The notes beneath the pieces were generated by a model. It made no database searches, was not told the origin of the DNA, and worked only from the letters and a program-made list of their open reading frames with translations. The translations under genes were made by a program, and so were the position numbers. This document shows, in pieces, positions 36,025 to 49,351 of a DNA stretch of 64,000 bases. The DNA comes from Azolla caroliniana (lineage: Eukaryota > Plantae > Polypodiophyta): positions 10,230,001 to 10,294,000 of the forward strand of contig JBHGNT010000002.1 in NCBI GenBank assembly GCA_043228905.1, given 5' to 3'. Each line of letters starts with the position of its first letter. Position 1 is the stretch's first letter.

Positions 36025-38876
36025 TTAATCTTCCTCCAAAATGGCCCGGATGTTTGGTTCTGCTCCGGTGTCCGGGTCCGGGGACAACGTAGTGTCCGTA
36101 GGCGCGTCGTTGCGTGGCTCCATTACTTTCTCGATAGGGCTTCCCATGGTGTTGCCAGCTTCTTGTGTGGGCGGTCTGGGCTCCGCTGGCTCATCTTGTG
36201 CTATTGTGGTTGGTTCAACCGTTGGCGGGCTTGCGGTAGGTCGAGGTTTTGTCTCGTCCGTAACTTCCTCCGTGGTGTCGGCCGTAGTCATACGCTCCGG
36301 TGAATGGGGCTGGGGTTCCTCTTGGTCGGCGGTTTTGCTTTCTGGTATCGGGGGGGCTCCGCTTGCCATTCCGCTTTCCGGTGACATGGGATGAGGTTCC
36401 TCTTGTTCGGCAGTATCCGGAATTGGTATCGCAATGGATTCGTCGTTTGTTCGCGTGTTGCGGGCTTGCATGATTTGGTGAAATAGGTCCTCTTGACTTT
36501 CGCCAAAATCGTCTAACAGCTGCGCGAGTTCCTCGGAGTGTTGGTCCGCTATCGTGCGATAGTCTTGTGCTAGGTCCTCGCGTACTGCCACAATGTTGTC
36601 CTCATTGAGTTTGTAGAACCCTTGGCCGTCTTTCCTTCGGTTCTCCCAGTCCGCCCGGTATGTATGCAACTCCGTCGCTTGTGCCGCCCACGCCATCCAG
36701 CCTTTGTCTAGTGCCGCTTTTAATTGTGCCGTAAACCTCTCCTGATTTGTTTGAAGAAGTATGCGCACGTTGTCGGTTATTGCTTGGCAATGGTTGCGTG
36801 CTTCTTCTACGGTTTTCTTGAGGTTTTCGATTTCTTGTTTACTAACCGCCGCCGCTTCCTCATAAGTGCTCCTCATTCCTGCCCATAGCTGAGATTCCTT
36901 CGAATGTAATTCCTCCAGCTTGACCATTTCATTGTTCAGATGGATTTCGAGCTGATGCCTCCTCTCCTGTTCCCTACAAGCTGCTCGTCGAACCATGCTT
37001 TCTTTTTCTCCAATAAGGCTCGGAGTCCCGTGATCGCCGCTTCCGATTTTTTCACTTCCTCCTGTAATTTGGCGTTTTCTTCTTTCGTCCGGGTGCGCTG
37101 TGCTACCTCCGCTACAAGTTTCTCTTCAAGGGTCTTCACTGCCTTTCGGTCGTTGGCCCAGATGTCCTTTTCTCTGTCCGACGATAGGTGAAGTTTGGTA
37201 CGGAGACAATCAATCTCCAATTCCGCCAATTGCACGACTCGTTTTGCTTTCGAGGCAATGGCGGTTTGGGCTTCACTTTCTTCTCTCAAGGCCTCGACGG
37301 CGTTGGCTGTCGGTTGAGTTGCTTGTTGCGCCATAGTCGCGTTACGTTCCAACTCCGTGATGTGTGCGTTGGCCTTTTGTAGCTTGTCTTGGGTCAGTTT
37401 AACAGTTTTCCAGACATTTTTATTTTTAATCGCCATATCCTTGGCGCCAATACTGACCTTAGCTAGTTCCCTATGAACTTCGACGAGGGCTGCGTTTAAT
37501 GGGGGTAGTTCCATCCCCATTCGGCGTATACTAGCATTCTGCTGTCTGCCGACTCTAGGTAACTGCTCCTCATCATCGCTTTCCGCCGTTTGTGTTAGCT
37601 CGCGCTCAATCATTTGGCGCTTCACGTGCTCCTCGGCCATTCATTGTGAGAGTTTTATTAGTTGTGTTGCCAAAAATTCCATGAGTTCAAAAGTAGTTCC
37701 AAACAGTAATAGTGCGCCGAACTCATGGGTCGTGTTCGGAATGTCCGAATACGCCAGGACCTCGCTTTCTGCCGTAAATACGCCTTGCCCCCGCTATGAC
37801 AAGGGCGGAATGATCAGCTGTGGTTCCTGGATTATTTCGAAGGTGGTGTTGGGCTCCATAGCTATGGAACTGTCGACCACGGTTGTCGTCTCTGTGGCCA
37901 CGAGTGTGTCTTTAACTAACCCGCGCCCATCTTTCTTGTTCAGCCTCCGCCGTTTCGGCCTCAGGCTTCCTTGACTTGGCTCAACTTCTGGCTCCTGCGC
38001 AGTTTCCTCGCTGCGCTCCGCCCGTTCTTCCTGTGTTGTTCGCGTGTTTGTCTAGGCTGATTGGGGTTCATCTTCCCACTCTGTGGTGGCCAATTCCACT
38101 AACCTTCACTTCGCGGATCGTGGTGGCGGCACGGATTGTTGCTGGGCTGCGGTGCTGGCAATCCTCGGGGTGGGAATAGTATCGTCAGATACTATTGTAT
38201 GATAGGCCTTAGCTTTTTGCCTCCTTGATACGCGTGCAGGCCTTCCCGTAACGTTGGTCCCATAATGACCCCCCAATCGACTGTGCACACTTCAAAGGTA
38301 TCAATGATGATACATGCCTTCACTCTTGGGCATCCCATATGCATTTACATGTATGCATCCGACCTCCAACAAGAACTTGGCTATTTCGTGGAAAAAGGGG
38401 TCGGGGATTTCCTTCCTTCTATATGCCTTGGCGGACGCCAAATATGGCCCGAAATATCTCTGCAAAGTTTCCGTAGGAGGAATTTCGAAATGCCTTTCTC
38501 CTGGTGATGGCAGGTCAAGGTTTTTCCGAATGGATGTGTTGGTGACCGTGTCGATATTGAGCTTCCTAGCGATGTCGAGTGCGTCAGGGTGGGGAGGTGC
38601 CTCAGCGACTCTGATGTATCCATCCAAGCGTTTCTCCATGAGCCATTGACGCAAGGCAGCATAAATACGTATCGGCATATTCGGATGGTTAGGCTCGTGG
38701 CTAATGAGTGAGGACTGCTGGCTATGACGAACTTGAGCTCTGTGATAGGATGGAGAAGAGGGTGAGGGAGGGGAGTGATGAGAGAGATGAGAGTTAGAAG
38801 GTTGGTTTCTGTACAGTGCAGAAAACCTTCTATTTCCTTCTTTTTGTGGCCTAGGGTTCATTGGTCGATGAGCCAT
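36025..38876 (-). pseudogene. Extra ORF of Gypsy E (homolog of D extra ORF), fragmented
   Basis: WLMEKRLDGYIRVAEAPPHPDA vs D WLQERGMGGYLKIMDAPAHPDA; MAEEHVKRQMIERELT vs MAEEHAETKMIQRALI; WAAQATELHTYRAD vs WAAQAAELHILRAD. Confidence 0.78.
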
Positions 38877-39049
38877 CGTGGTGCCGCGTGTTCTTGGCCT
38901 AGAAGTCTGTGCATGCCTTAAGTCCTTTTAATAGCGTCGCTATCTTCAGTTTCTTTCTTTTTTCGTAACAGTTACATACAATATTCTTTTTACACTATAG
39001 TACAAATGGAGCCCCATACTTACTCTGTGGATTTCCTGGCTTTGTCCTG

Positions 39050-42000
39050 TTCGGCGGGGAACGGGTTAGGTGGCGTAGGTCCTAGATAAGGTTTAAGGCA
39101 AAACCCATTCACTTTTTGTTGTAACACTTCCCCGGCCAACGTGCCAAGGTGAAACGTACCCTGTTCCACTCCCACTATCCAGTATGGGCCTGTCCAGCAG
39201 AATCATAATTTTCCTGGCATATGCCCCATGCGTGTTTGGAAAACTAATACCGCCTTCCCAACCGTAAAATCTTTTTCCCGCGCATGCCGGTGTCGGTCCA
39301 CGAATGCTTTGCATCGCCGCTATTCCTGCTCCAATATGGCCATACTATGTAACCATGTTTCGCCTAGCTCTAGCAGTTGTTGTAGCCGTATTTGCTTGGA
39401 TTTTCCCTCTAGTAGTCAGGCTCGTACTTGAATCCGCAGACTGGGTACCTGAAATTCGACTGGCATCACAGCCTCCAGCCCAAATGCTAGCCTAAAAGGC
39501 GTTGATTGTATGCTGGTCTTATTGCTGGTATGGTATGCCCATAACGCGCTGTACAATTTGGTATCCCAATTCGTTATGTTCTCATTGACTATCTTTTTTA
39601 GGATAGTTTGTAGGGTTTTATTCGTGAATTCTACCAAGCCATTTGCCTGTGGGTAATACGACGTACTTTTTTTGTGAACCACAACATAATGTTGGGTCTG
39701 TTTGCTGATGACTGTATTCAGAAAGTGACTCCCTTGGTCACTAATGAGCTAGATAGGGCAGCCGAAATGACACCAGATGTGTTCGTAAAGGAATTTTGCC
39801 GTGACTATCACAATATTCTCACGTAGTGGTTTCGCTTCTACCCACTTGGTACAGTAATCCGTGGCCACCAGGATATACTTATTGCCGGTTCAAGCAGCCG
39901 CCGGGGTAAAGGGTCCTACAAAATCTAGTCCCCACTTTTGGAAAGGATCCAGTGGCAACACTGGTTGGTGTGGCATTCTCGCGACTTCTGTAGGTTGGCC
40001 CAGTCGTTGACATAAATCGCACTATCTGCAATATTCATACACATCCTTTTGTGTAGTCGGCCACCAAAGTTCCGCTTGCTAGATTTTCCGGGCCGTAACA
40101 TCGCCCACGTAATGTCCTCCCGCCGTACCACAGTGGGCTTCGCGTAGAACCACAACCTTCTCATCCTGCCGAATTTCGCGCCTCCAGATGCCGTCACTGC
40201 CTTTGTGGTATAGGATGTCTTCTACTAATCAGAAATTTCGACTCTGTACGGCCAACAGTTTTTTCTCGTTCATCATAATTGGGGTTGCGGTAAACCCGTG
40301 ATCAGGAAGTAGGTCATTTCCATGAGCCACCGATCTGGAAAAGTCTTTTCCGTTTGTTTTGCTAGAGTTGCGACACGCAGAATGTCCGCATCCGGAATGT
40401 CGTAGTCATCCTTTTGCGTCGTTTCTCCATTATCTAGTCTACTCAAGAAATCTGCCACCACGTGTTGTGTACCCGGTCGGTGCTGAATTACAAAGTCAAA
40501 TTCTTGGAGCAGCAGCATCCATCTAGCCAATTTCCCCGTCAGCGCCTGTTTGCCTACCAAATATAGCAATGCTGAATGATCCACGTGAAACGTGAATTTC
40601 CACCCTAGCAGAAAATGCCAAAACTTATTGATGTTGTATATCATACCCAATGCTTCACATTCCGTTGTGGAATAGTTACGCTCAGCCGTTGATAGTTTCC
40701 GACTAGCGTAGTACACTGGTCGGTACCAATTCGGCTCCATGAGCTGCATTAGCGCGCTACCTATTGCTATGTCTGAGGCATCCACAAACATGTGGAATGT
40801 TTTTGCCCAAACTGGTGGTTGTACGACGGGTACCTGTGTTAGCATTATCTTTAGTGCATCATACGCCTTCTCTTCCGTTGCTGTCCATTTGAAAAGAGTA
40901 CGATGAACGGCGCCATGTAATGGTGTGGCGAAGTCTGCCAAATAGCGTATCATCTGACTGTGCCATCGTATTTGTCCCAGAAACGGATTGAGTGCTTTTG
41001 CGTTTGTCGGTGTTGTCGCGTGAGTAATCACGGAGATTTTGTTCGGATCAACCGCTATCCCTTCCTTACTGACTATGTGGTCGAGGAGAGCTCCGCTGGT
41101 AACGCTGAAGGCGCATTTGGCGGGATTCAAGCTTAAGCGCGCGGTTCGGCAACACTCCAGGCAAAGCTGTAGATGCGAAATATGGTCGACTGTTGTCCCA
41201 TATACCGCAAAATTGTCTAAAAAAACCTACATGAAGGCCGGTATATATTCCCCAAAAATCTTCGTGATTGTCCGTTGAAATGTAGTTGGCGCCGTCTTTA
41301 GCCCGAACATCATGACGGCTGCGACATAAACGCCCTAGTCTGTGACAAATGTCATCTTCTCTTGGTCTTGGGGTGCATGCATACTTGATTGTACCCATTG
41401 AAGCCATCTAAAAAGTTATACATGTCATGCCCTGCGACAACGTCCAATACGTTGTCGGTGAACGGTAAAGGGAATGCGTTGGTAATGGTTACGGCGTTCA
41501 ATTTCCGGTAATCCACGCATACACGTATTTTGCCATTTTTCTTTGGTACGACTACTATTGGGCTGAACCATGTAGCTTGTTTGACTGGTTGAATGAATCC
41601 GGCTTTGAGGAGTTTGTCAATTTCTTCTTTAACGCGAGCCGCGTAGTTTGGGTTCATGCGGTATCGACGCTGCTTGACCGGTTTCACATTAGTCGCTAAA
41701 TTGATCTTATGTTGATAGAATTTCGGATCTAACCCCTTCATGTCCTCATGGGACCAGACGAACACATATTTATACTTCTTGAGTAGTGCTATCATCGTGT
41801 CTCTTTGATTCGACAGTAATTCTTTTGCGATGGAGAGGAATCGGGGTTCTGACTCCATACCCATGTTTACTTCTTCTAGGACTGAGGCAGTGACTTGTAA
41901 TGAAATTTCCATTTCCCTCTCGAACGCTGCCCGTGCTCTGCTTAGTTCTAATATTGACTCTAGGTCTGGTTCGTAAGCCTCGTCGTGGAGCGTAGCGGGC

Positions 42001-42464
42001 GTGGCATACTCCGCCGCGGTTTCTATGACGTCGATTTCGAATAGGGGAATGATCCAGGGGTGCTCGTCTAGGTATACTTCTAATTCTGTATCATCCACCC
42101 CAGCCAACATATTTATATCCTCCGCGTATAACGGTGTTATGCCCTTGGGTTGTGCCGCCATTTCCTCTCTTGGTACACGAACCTTGGTGCATCCACGTCG
42201 AAAGCTGATGGACTTATGTTGCCAACTCTGCTTGATATTCGTTGAATGAAGCCACGGTCTGCCCAGCAGCATAGGATATGCTCATGGGGTGTCGAGGGCG
42301 AGGACTACCACCGAGACGTCGAAGAGATGTCCTCCAACGATAATGCCTAACTTGCGTATTAAACCCAATGGTCGTACTGAGCGGGTATCCGCCATGCGAA
42401 GCCAAAACGTGCAAGCTTCCCATTCTGAAATTCCCAATTGTTCGCATGTCTTCGCGCTAATTAC
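39050..42464 (-). pseudogene. Gypsy E pol (protease C-half, RT, RNase H, integrase)
   Basis: ORFs 41352-42272 (DYRKLN), 40273-41130 (DASDIAIG, ADFLSR), 39416-39682 (QANGLVE). Confidence 0.92.
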
Positions 42465-42821
42465 ATTGGGGTGAAAGCATACGAGTGGAAACAATTAGCT
42501 ATGTCCTTGACATAGCTAATTAGCTATGCAAAAAGCTACCATTGATAAATAGTCATTTTAGTAAAAAGCCATCATTAATAAATTAAGTATGCAAAAAACT
42601 ACCATTGAAAATACTAGAGTGTTTTAATTACATATGTAAATGAGTGCCATAAATGTGCAACATAAATTGATGTGTGCACCATAAATGTGTACCATAAATT
42701 ATATATCGAATTCCTAGGTCCATTATGCATGATCCTTTGCCACATCACGTAGGCCATCTCTAGTTGAGTACTGTGGGTTAGTTGCTACCACTGTTGCTAA
42801 ACCCTATCGAGTCCACCTGCC

Positions 42822-43500
42822 GCCACTCTACACTGAGGGGCCGCTACTGTGCGTTCCAAGCATCATCAAAGAGCTGCTCAATCTGACGGGGTTCTCTTCT
42901 CTGTGACACTCTACACTCAGGGGCCACTACTGTGCATTCCAAGCATCATCAAAGAGCTGTTCAATCTGACGGGGTTCTCTTCTTTGTGCCACTCTACACT
43001 CAGGGGCCATTACTGTGCGTTCCAAGCATCATCAAAGAGCTGTTCAATCTGAGGGGGTTCTCTTCTCTGTGCCACTCTACACTCAGGGGCCATTACTGTG
43101 CGTTCCAAGCATCATCAAAGAGCTGTTCAATCTGAGGGGGTTCTCTTCTCTGTGCCACTCTACACTCAGGGGCCGCTGCTGTGCGTTCCAAGAATCATCA
43201 AAGAGCTGTTCAATCTGACGGGGTTCTCTTCTCTTTGCCACTCTACACTCAGGGGCTGCTACTGTGCGTTCCAAGCATAATCAAAGAGCTATTCAATCTG
43301 ACGGGGTTCTCTTCTCTTTTCCACTCTCACTCAGGGGCCGCTACTGTGCGTTTCAAGCATCATTGGTAACTGTTCAATCTGACGGGGTTCTCTTCTCTAT
43401 GCCACTCTATTCTCAAGTACCTTCTATGTGCGTTTCAAGCATCATCGGTAACTGTTCAATCTGACGGGGTTCTCTCCTCCATTGCCATCATTCTATACTC
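42822..43500. repeat. 83-bp tandem repeat array (~8 copies) in the left subterminal region of the Sola2-like element
   Basis: Period of 83 visible (repeat-derived ORFs start at 42849, 42932, 43015, 43098, 43181, 43264); last copies decay. Confidence 0.92.
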
Positions 43501-43810
43501 AGTTGCCACTACTGTCCAGTCCCGGATTGCTTCCACATTTCGATTTGACGGAGTTCACTCATCCAACGGCAACATTCTACACTCAGTTGTTGCCATTGGT
43601 CGGTCTTGGATCGCCTCCTCAACTGTTGGATCCAACGGAGTGAAATCCTCTACTGTTCGGTCTTGGATTGCAATAACTTTTCTGTCTATTGATTATCTTG
43701 TGTATTGTTGTGTCTAATCTTGTGTATTGTGTGGAATATTTTTGTGTATTGTTGTTGCCCATAGCCATCTTTAATACTTGTTTTTTTTTCTGGAAATTTA
43801 GGGTTTTAAC

Positions 43811-46800
43811 ATGTCCAGCCAAATGGAAGGGGAAGAAGGGTGTTTAGAATTACCCCTCAATGATCATAAGGATAGGGATGATGTTATCAGGACACAACAA
43901 GCCATACGAAACTATTGGGCAGAAAAAAAAAGGAAACATCGTCAATTGTTGAAGGATACGAAAGCCACACTCAGTAAAGGTAAGGATAGTTTAGCTGAGA
44001 ATGTAAGTAATGCGACTACCATCATAGAGAGAAAGGTTGTAGACTATTTCAATGTTCAAACCAAGCACATCAGCAATGAAGAAAAGAAGGTAGTACTTTA
44101 TGGAATATGTAATGATCCATCGATAAAGGACTTAGTTGATTGTGATGGTCTTAATGCAAACATATCATCTATTTTAGTAAATAATCTTCGTAATAGTTTC
44201 GTATCCATGAGCAGGTCAGAAGATGATCTTGTCTTAAAAAGGTCTAGTCTAATGATGTTACTTAATAGTGATGTTGACGATATAAACATCAGTGAGCTAT
44301 CTAAGGTAATTGGTGTTAGTAGAAAAACAGTGTACAATACAATGAACCGTATAATTTCCTCGGGTGAAGGAACTAGTCTACTAAAGCTAACTACAAGATG
44401 TAAGCCAATGACACCCATAACATTTGAAATCAAGGATGTAATCACAATGTTTTGGACTAATGAGAGTAGGGTTTCACCCAATAAAAAGGATTTATGCAGG
44501 AAACGTGTTGGAAGAAATCAATACGAGGAGCATCCCATTCATCTTCTTGATGTACCTCAGGTATTTACATTTATCTCAACATTTGTTTTGACTCTACTCG
44601 GAAAGTTAATTAGCTCAGTTAGCAGAAAAGCTAATTAGCTTATCAGTTACATTTACCTCAGTTAGCTACTAGGATCGCTACTACATAGGTAACTAGCTAC
44701 TCTCAATAGTTATTACCATGATAGCTAATTAGCTATTCTCAATAGCTAATTTAGGTACTACCAGATAATTAGTTGTACTGCTAGCTAGTTAGCTATCATG
44801 GTAGCTAGTTAGCTATTTCGTTATTACCAGCTAATTAGCTACTAGGAAAGCTAATTAGCTACCATGATAGCTAATTAGCTACTATGATAGCTACTACATA
44901 GGTAACTGGCTACTCTCAATAGCTACTACCATGATAGCTAATTAGCTATTCTCAATAGCTAATTTAGGTACTACCAGATAATTAGTTGTACTGGAAGCTA
45001 GTTAGCTATCATGGTAGCTAGTTTGTTATTTCGTTATTACCAGCTAATTAGCTACTAGGAAAGCTAATTAGCTACCATGATAGCTAATTAGCTTACTAGG
45101 ATAGCTAATTAGCCACCGTGATAGCTAATTAGCTACAAGACCAGCTAATTTGCTACCATGATAGCTAATTAGTTAGGATAGCTAATTAGCCACCATTATA
45201 GCTAATTAGCTACCATGATAGCTAATTAGTTACTAGGACAGCTAATTAGCCACCATGATAGCTAATTAGCTACCATGATAGCTAAGTAGTTAGGATAGCT
45301 AATTAGCCACCATTATAGCTAATTAGCTACTAGACCAGCTAATTAGCTACCATGATAGCTAATTAGTTACTAGGACAGCTAATTAGCCACCATGATAGCT
45401 AATTAGCTACCATGATAGCTAATTAGCTACTACGATAGCTAATTAGCTACCATGATAGCTAATTAGCTACTAGGACAACTAATTAGCTACTAGGACAGCT
45501 AATTAGCTACTAGGACAACTAATTAGCTACCATGATAGCTAATTACCTACCATGATAGCTAATTAGCTACCATGATAGCTAATTAGCTACTAGGACAACT
45601 AATTAGCTACTAGGACAGCTAATTAGCTACCATGATAGCTAATTAGCTACTAGGACAACTAATTAGCTACCATGATAGCTAATTACCTACCATGATAGCT
45701 AATTAGCTACCATGATAGCTAATTAGCTACTAGAATAGCTAACTAGCTACTAGAATAGCTAATTAGCTACTAGGATAGTTAGCTAGTTACGAGAATAACT
45801 AATTCCCCTTTATTACGCAGGTCGATTTATTTATTAGGTTCAAACGAATGCATCCAACTATCAAAGTTCAACTACGAACATTCGAGTCTCTTAAGCCACA
45901 TTTTGTGAGACGCTTAAAGGATCGATACACATGTTGTTGCATTTACCATGTACAGATGGGTTTTCTGAAGGACTCTGTTAATCTACTACGTCACCATAGC
46001 GCATCCCTAACTAATACAGTTTGCACATGTGGGTGCCCAATCTGTCGATCAAGCCCGCAAGAGGAGTGTAAATCATCTGAGCACGTTATCTCTTCCATGA
46101 GTTATTTATTAGATTCAATATTGTGTCCGAGAGAAACTGACGCTATCTTCCATATTCATAAATGTGTCATGGGTTTATGTCAAGATTGTGGCCCTACTAG
46201 ATTTAGGTGGTGTCCAAATGAATTGAGTAGTGAAATATTGATCTCTGTGAAGTTATTTGAGTCAGTGAACACCAATTTCGAAGGAAAGGTGTGTAAAAGA
46301 AAGGATCTAGTTCGGAAGATGCTTAAACCAAGGGATTTGGTGTCTCTGTTTGTAGTATCTCTAGGAAAGTTCATTAAACACAACTTCATTTATTCATGGC
46401 AGGCCCATCAGTTTAAGACTTGCATATTTGATTTCCCAAATGATGTAGTAGTCTCAGTAGTAGATTTCGCAGAGAATTATACTTTCAAGCAGCAGAATGA
46501 AATTCAATCTATGCATTGGTGTTCAGTTCAGGTAACCATTTTTGTGCACATAACATATTTTCGAGTTTCAGGTGATGTTAAAAAAGTAATTCATTTCTTT
46601 ATTTCCGATGATAAGAAGCATGATACCTTGTTCGTCCAACACTGTTTTAAGTTACATTGGCAGTGGTTATTAGCTCAACGTTTGGAGCTTACTCAACATT
46701 GGGTCTGGTCTGACGGAGCTGCGTCACAATTCAAGGCTCGACGTCCATTTTATTTTGTGGGGAGGTATCCTGCTATAACAGGTTTGGAGATGAGATGGAA

Positions 46801-47662
46801 TTTTTTTGGGTCTGGCCATGGTAAAGGTGAACATGATGGTGCAGGGGCTGTTATAAAGCGGGCACTTACCCATGAACAACTAAAGACAGATGGTGTGCAC
46901 ATGAATTGTGCATCACATGTAGTTGAATTTTTAAGAACAAATATGTCAACGAGTGCCACAGGTGTTTATTCCTCGCAAGTCCGAGATATCAAACATGAAT
47001 TTTGGGAAGTGAAGATAGATGAAGTAAATAGGGAGAAGACCTGGGAGTGCCAAGGAATTCCCGAATTGCGATCTCTGCATGCTGTTCGCGGTTATTCCAG
47101 GTTGGATGGTCATTGTATTGCGGTTAGAGAATTGACTTGTTTTTGCTTCCATTGTGTGCAGGGAAATTGGAGATATTGTCTAAACAAAGCATACATTCAG
47201 AATTGGGAGTATCACACTCTGAATGATAAGGAAGCAGTTGATGGAGAAACAGGGCAAAATGCTGACTTCACATATGAGGGACTTGGAGATACTTTGAGTG
47301 ATGTCCTGAACGTTGGGGATAACTTCGCTGTAAATGCTGAAGAAGGCAATTCAGAGGGTGCTGATTTCTATATATTAAAGTGCACGGTTAGTAAACAGTG
47401 TGCAAGGCAGAATATTGTAGATGCATGGGGAAATTTTGTATCTGCCGGGACATTCTACATCGAAGGCATTTTTTATGCAAAACTAGATGACTACGAATAT
47501 GTGTACAGGCTGTTAGAAGACAAACCAGCGGCGTATATGTACTCTCATTTGGTCAGGTGCATCAACGTCCCAATGTCAAAATACAATAGCTGCTCCGGTT
47601 TATACAGTGTTGGTGCTAATGTGTATGAATGTATTTACAATAGTATGCCATGGAATTTGTAG
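43811..47662 (+). CDS. Sola2-like DDD transposase, two exons (43811-44560, 45821-47662), ~863 aa, apparently intact
   Basis: CAG|GTATTT donor at 44561, CTAAT branch and CGCAG acceptor at 45820 join in phase 0; HTH-like ISELSKVIGVSRKTVYN; catalytic motifs VVDFAENY..QSMHW, SDGAASQFK, FFGSGHGKGEHDG; Cys-rich clusters. Confidence 0.88.
44630..45800. repeat. Array of palindromic TAGCTAATTAGCTA units (mostly ~20-bp period) filling the transposase intron
   Basis: Dozens of copies of a perfect 14-bp palindrome separated by short spacers (CCATGA, CTAGGA); duplicated ~210-bp block at the start. Confidence 0.93.
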
Positions 47663-48009
47663 CTACAAGTAGCACTTACCATGTTCTCTTGTAAAACAAA
47701 CATGTATTTCGCGAAAACAGTTAAATAAATTCATTTGGAATCAATTTCTTGTATACAGTCTGCTTTCTGTGCTTCTTTCTCAATAGAAACATGTCTTTTT
47801 TGTTAAGTTTTAAGTTATAAGTTATAGCGAAATAGTCATCAGTAGCTAATTAGCTGTACAAATGCAGCTAATTAGCTGTCAATAGCTAAATAGTCATCAA
47901 TAGCATGAAATCAACAATCTGCAACATATTCCTCAATTTACACAGTAGATAAGTACAGTGGGAACAAGTAATTAAATTCTTCATTGAATAATGCCATCTC
48001 TTTACATAT

Positions 48010-49102
48010 TTATAAATTACCATTGGAAATGTCTACAAATCTCCTATAAACAGCTAAGCTCTTGCTAGTCAGTGGAACGAGTCTACATATATTATCCGCA
48101 TATTGAGCTCGGTATGGAGTCCACAACCATGCACCTAGTTGGCAGCTCACTATTTGCACCAGGTACTGTTCAGGCATTTCCTCGGGTAGAATGAGACAGC
48201 ATCTCCGAATATTGAAGTAGTGTCGGAAATGTTCTGTATCCAAAATCAATGTATTGTCGGCATTATATTCAGGCCAAGTAGCCCAAAAATCAGAAAGTCT
48301 CTTGAATCTTGCAGCTTCCATTTGCTCACAATTTTCTCGTGCCCATTGACCTTTAAAACGACTTCGCCATTTTGGGAAGAATCTTGCCAAACACTTCCAC
48401 ACATCTGATTTTGGTTTTTACTCCAAATAAACAAATCAAAGTATTCCACAGCCCACTCTAGAAACTGATTTGCGTCCCTCCTTGGCTGCATATATCTCAC
48501 ACTCATCAAGACTTTATCAAGCTCCAAGATCAAGGCTCTTCTTTCGACTTCTAGTGGTTTAGGTTTCCATTCCTGAAACTGAGCCGTTGTTACACCATTT
48601 TCTGGTAGGATACGATCAATCTCAATCAGCTCAGGTTCGGCTGACACAACTGGTGTCCTTTTCCTCTTTAAACCCCTAGTCGACTGTGTTGGGCCTAGCT
48701 TCACATTCTGGTGCTCTTGTTTTGTCGACTTAGTTATCAATCCTTGGATTACCTCAGTGCATGTAGCTACTGATCTGCTCGATATCAGTCCATTGGTATC
48801 ACATGCTGCATCTACCTGCAACACCAAGTCATCCGTGCTACATGCTGCATCTACCTGCAACACCAAGTCATCCGTGCTACATGCTGCATCTACCTGCAAC
48901 ACCAAGTCATCCGTGCTACATGCTGCATCTACCTGCAACACCAAGTCTTCCGTGCTACATGCTTGATCAACTTGTGTGACCAGATCACTTGTGTCAGTTG
49001 CTACATCTACTTTCAAGATGGGGCCCTTTAAACATGCCGCAACATCAACAGTATCCACACTGCCATTGGCCTTACGAGCAATAGAATCAAACCCTTTAGA
49101 CT
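48010..49102 (-). pseudogene. FCP1/NIF (HAD-family CTD-phosphatase-like) domain region preceded by 13-aa repeats; one frameshift near 48415
   Basis: LILELDKVL..PRRDANQFLEWAVEYFDLFIWS (ORF 48246-49181) continues in ORF 48010-48402 as FKRLSDFW..YNADNTLILD; adding one A in the A-run joins them (WSKKPKSDVWKC); TGCAG acceptor at 49103. Confidence 0.65.
48797..48975 (-). repeat. 39-bp in-frame coding tandem repeat (STDDLVLQVDAAC, 4-5 copies)
   Basis: Seen directly in ORF 48246-49181. Confidence 0.9.
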
Positions 49103-49351
49103 CTGCAACATCAGAAAACACCAACATATTCACACTCACAAAGTAACTAATAGTCTCACAAAACAATATCCTGAACATCAAAGAGTTTCAGTCATAGAAC
49201 AACACTCTTCAAATTATCTTGGAAAAACATCATAGAGTTCCATTACATAATGTGGATCAAGCAACAACCAATCTGAGGTTTTACTTGTCCAACAAGATAG
49301 TAAAACTTCATAAAACCCTAGCAAAATCCCTAAGCTAACAATCATATCCAA

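Noticed and set aside
42822-43500. CRISPR-like array and six repeated 60-67 aa ORFs
   Set aside because: Head-to-tail tandem repeat without unique spacers, no cas genes, eukaryotic context; the ORFs are a by-product of the 83-bp period
43811-44638. Stand-alone 275-aa gene
   Set aside because: Better explained as exon 1 of the transposase; the ORF tail after 44560 is intronic read-through
44630-45800. Palindromic array as CRISPR or assembly artefact
   Set aside because: Spacers are only ~6 nt and recurrent; the array lies neatly inside a GT-AG intron and the motif recurs at the TIRs, arguing against an artefact (exact length still unverified)
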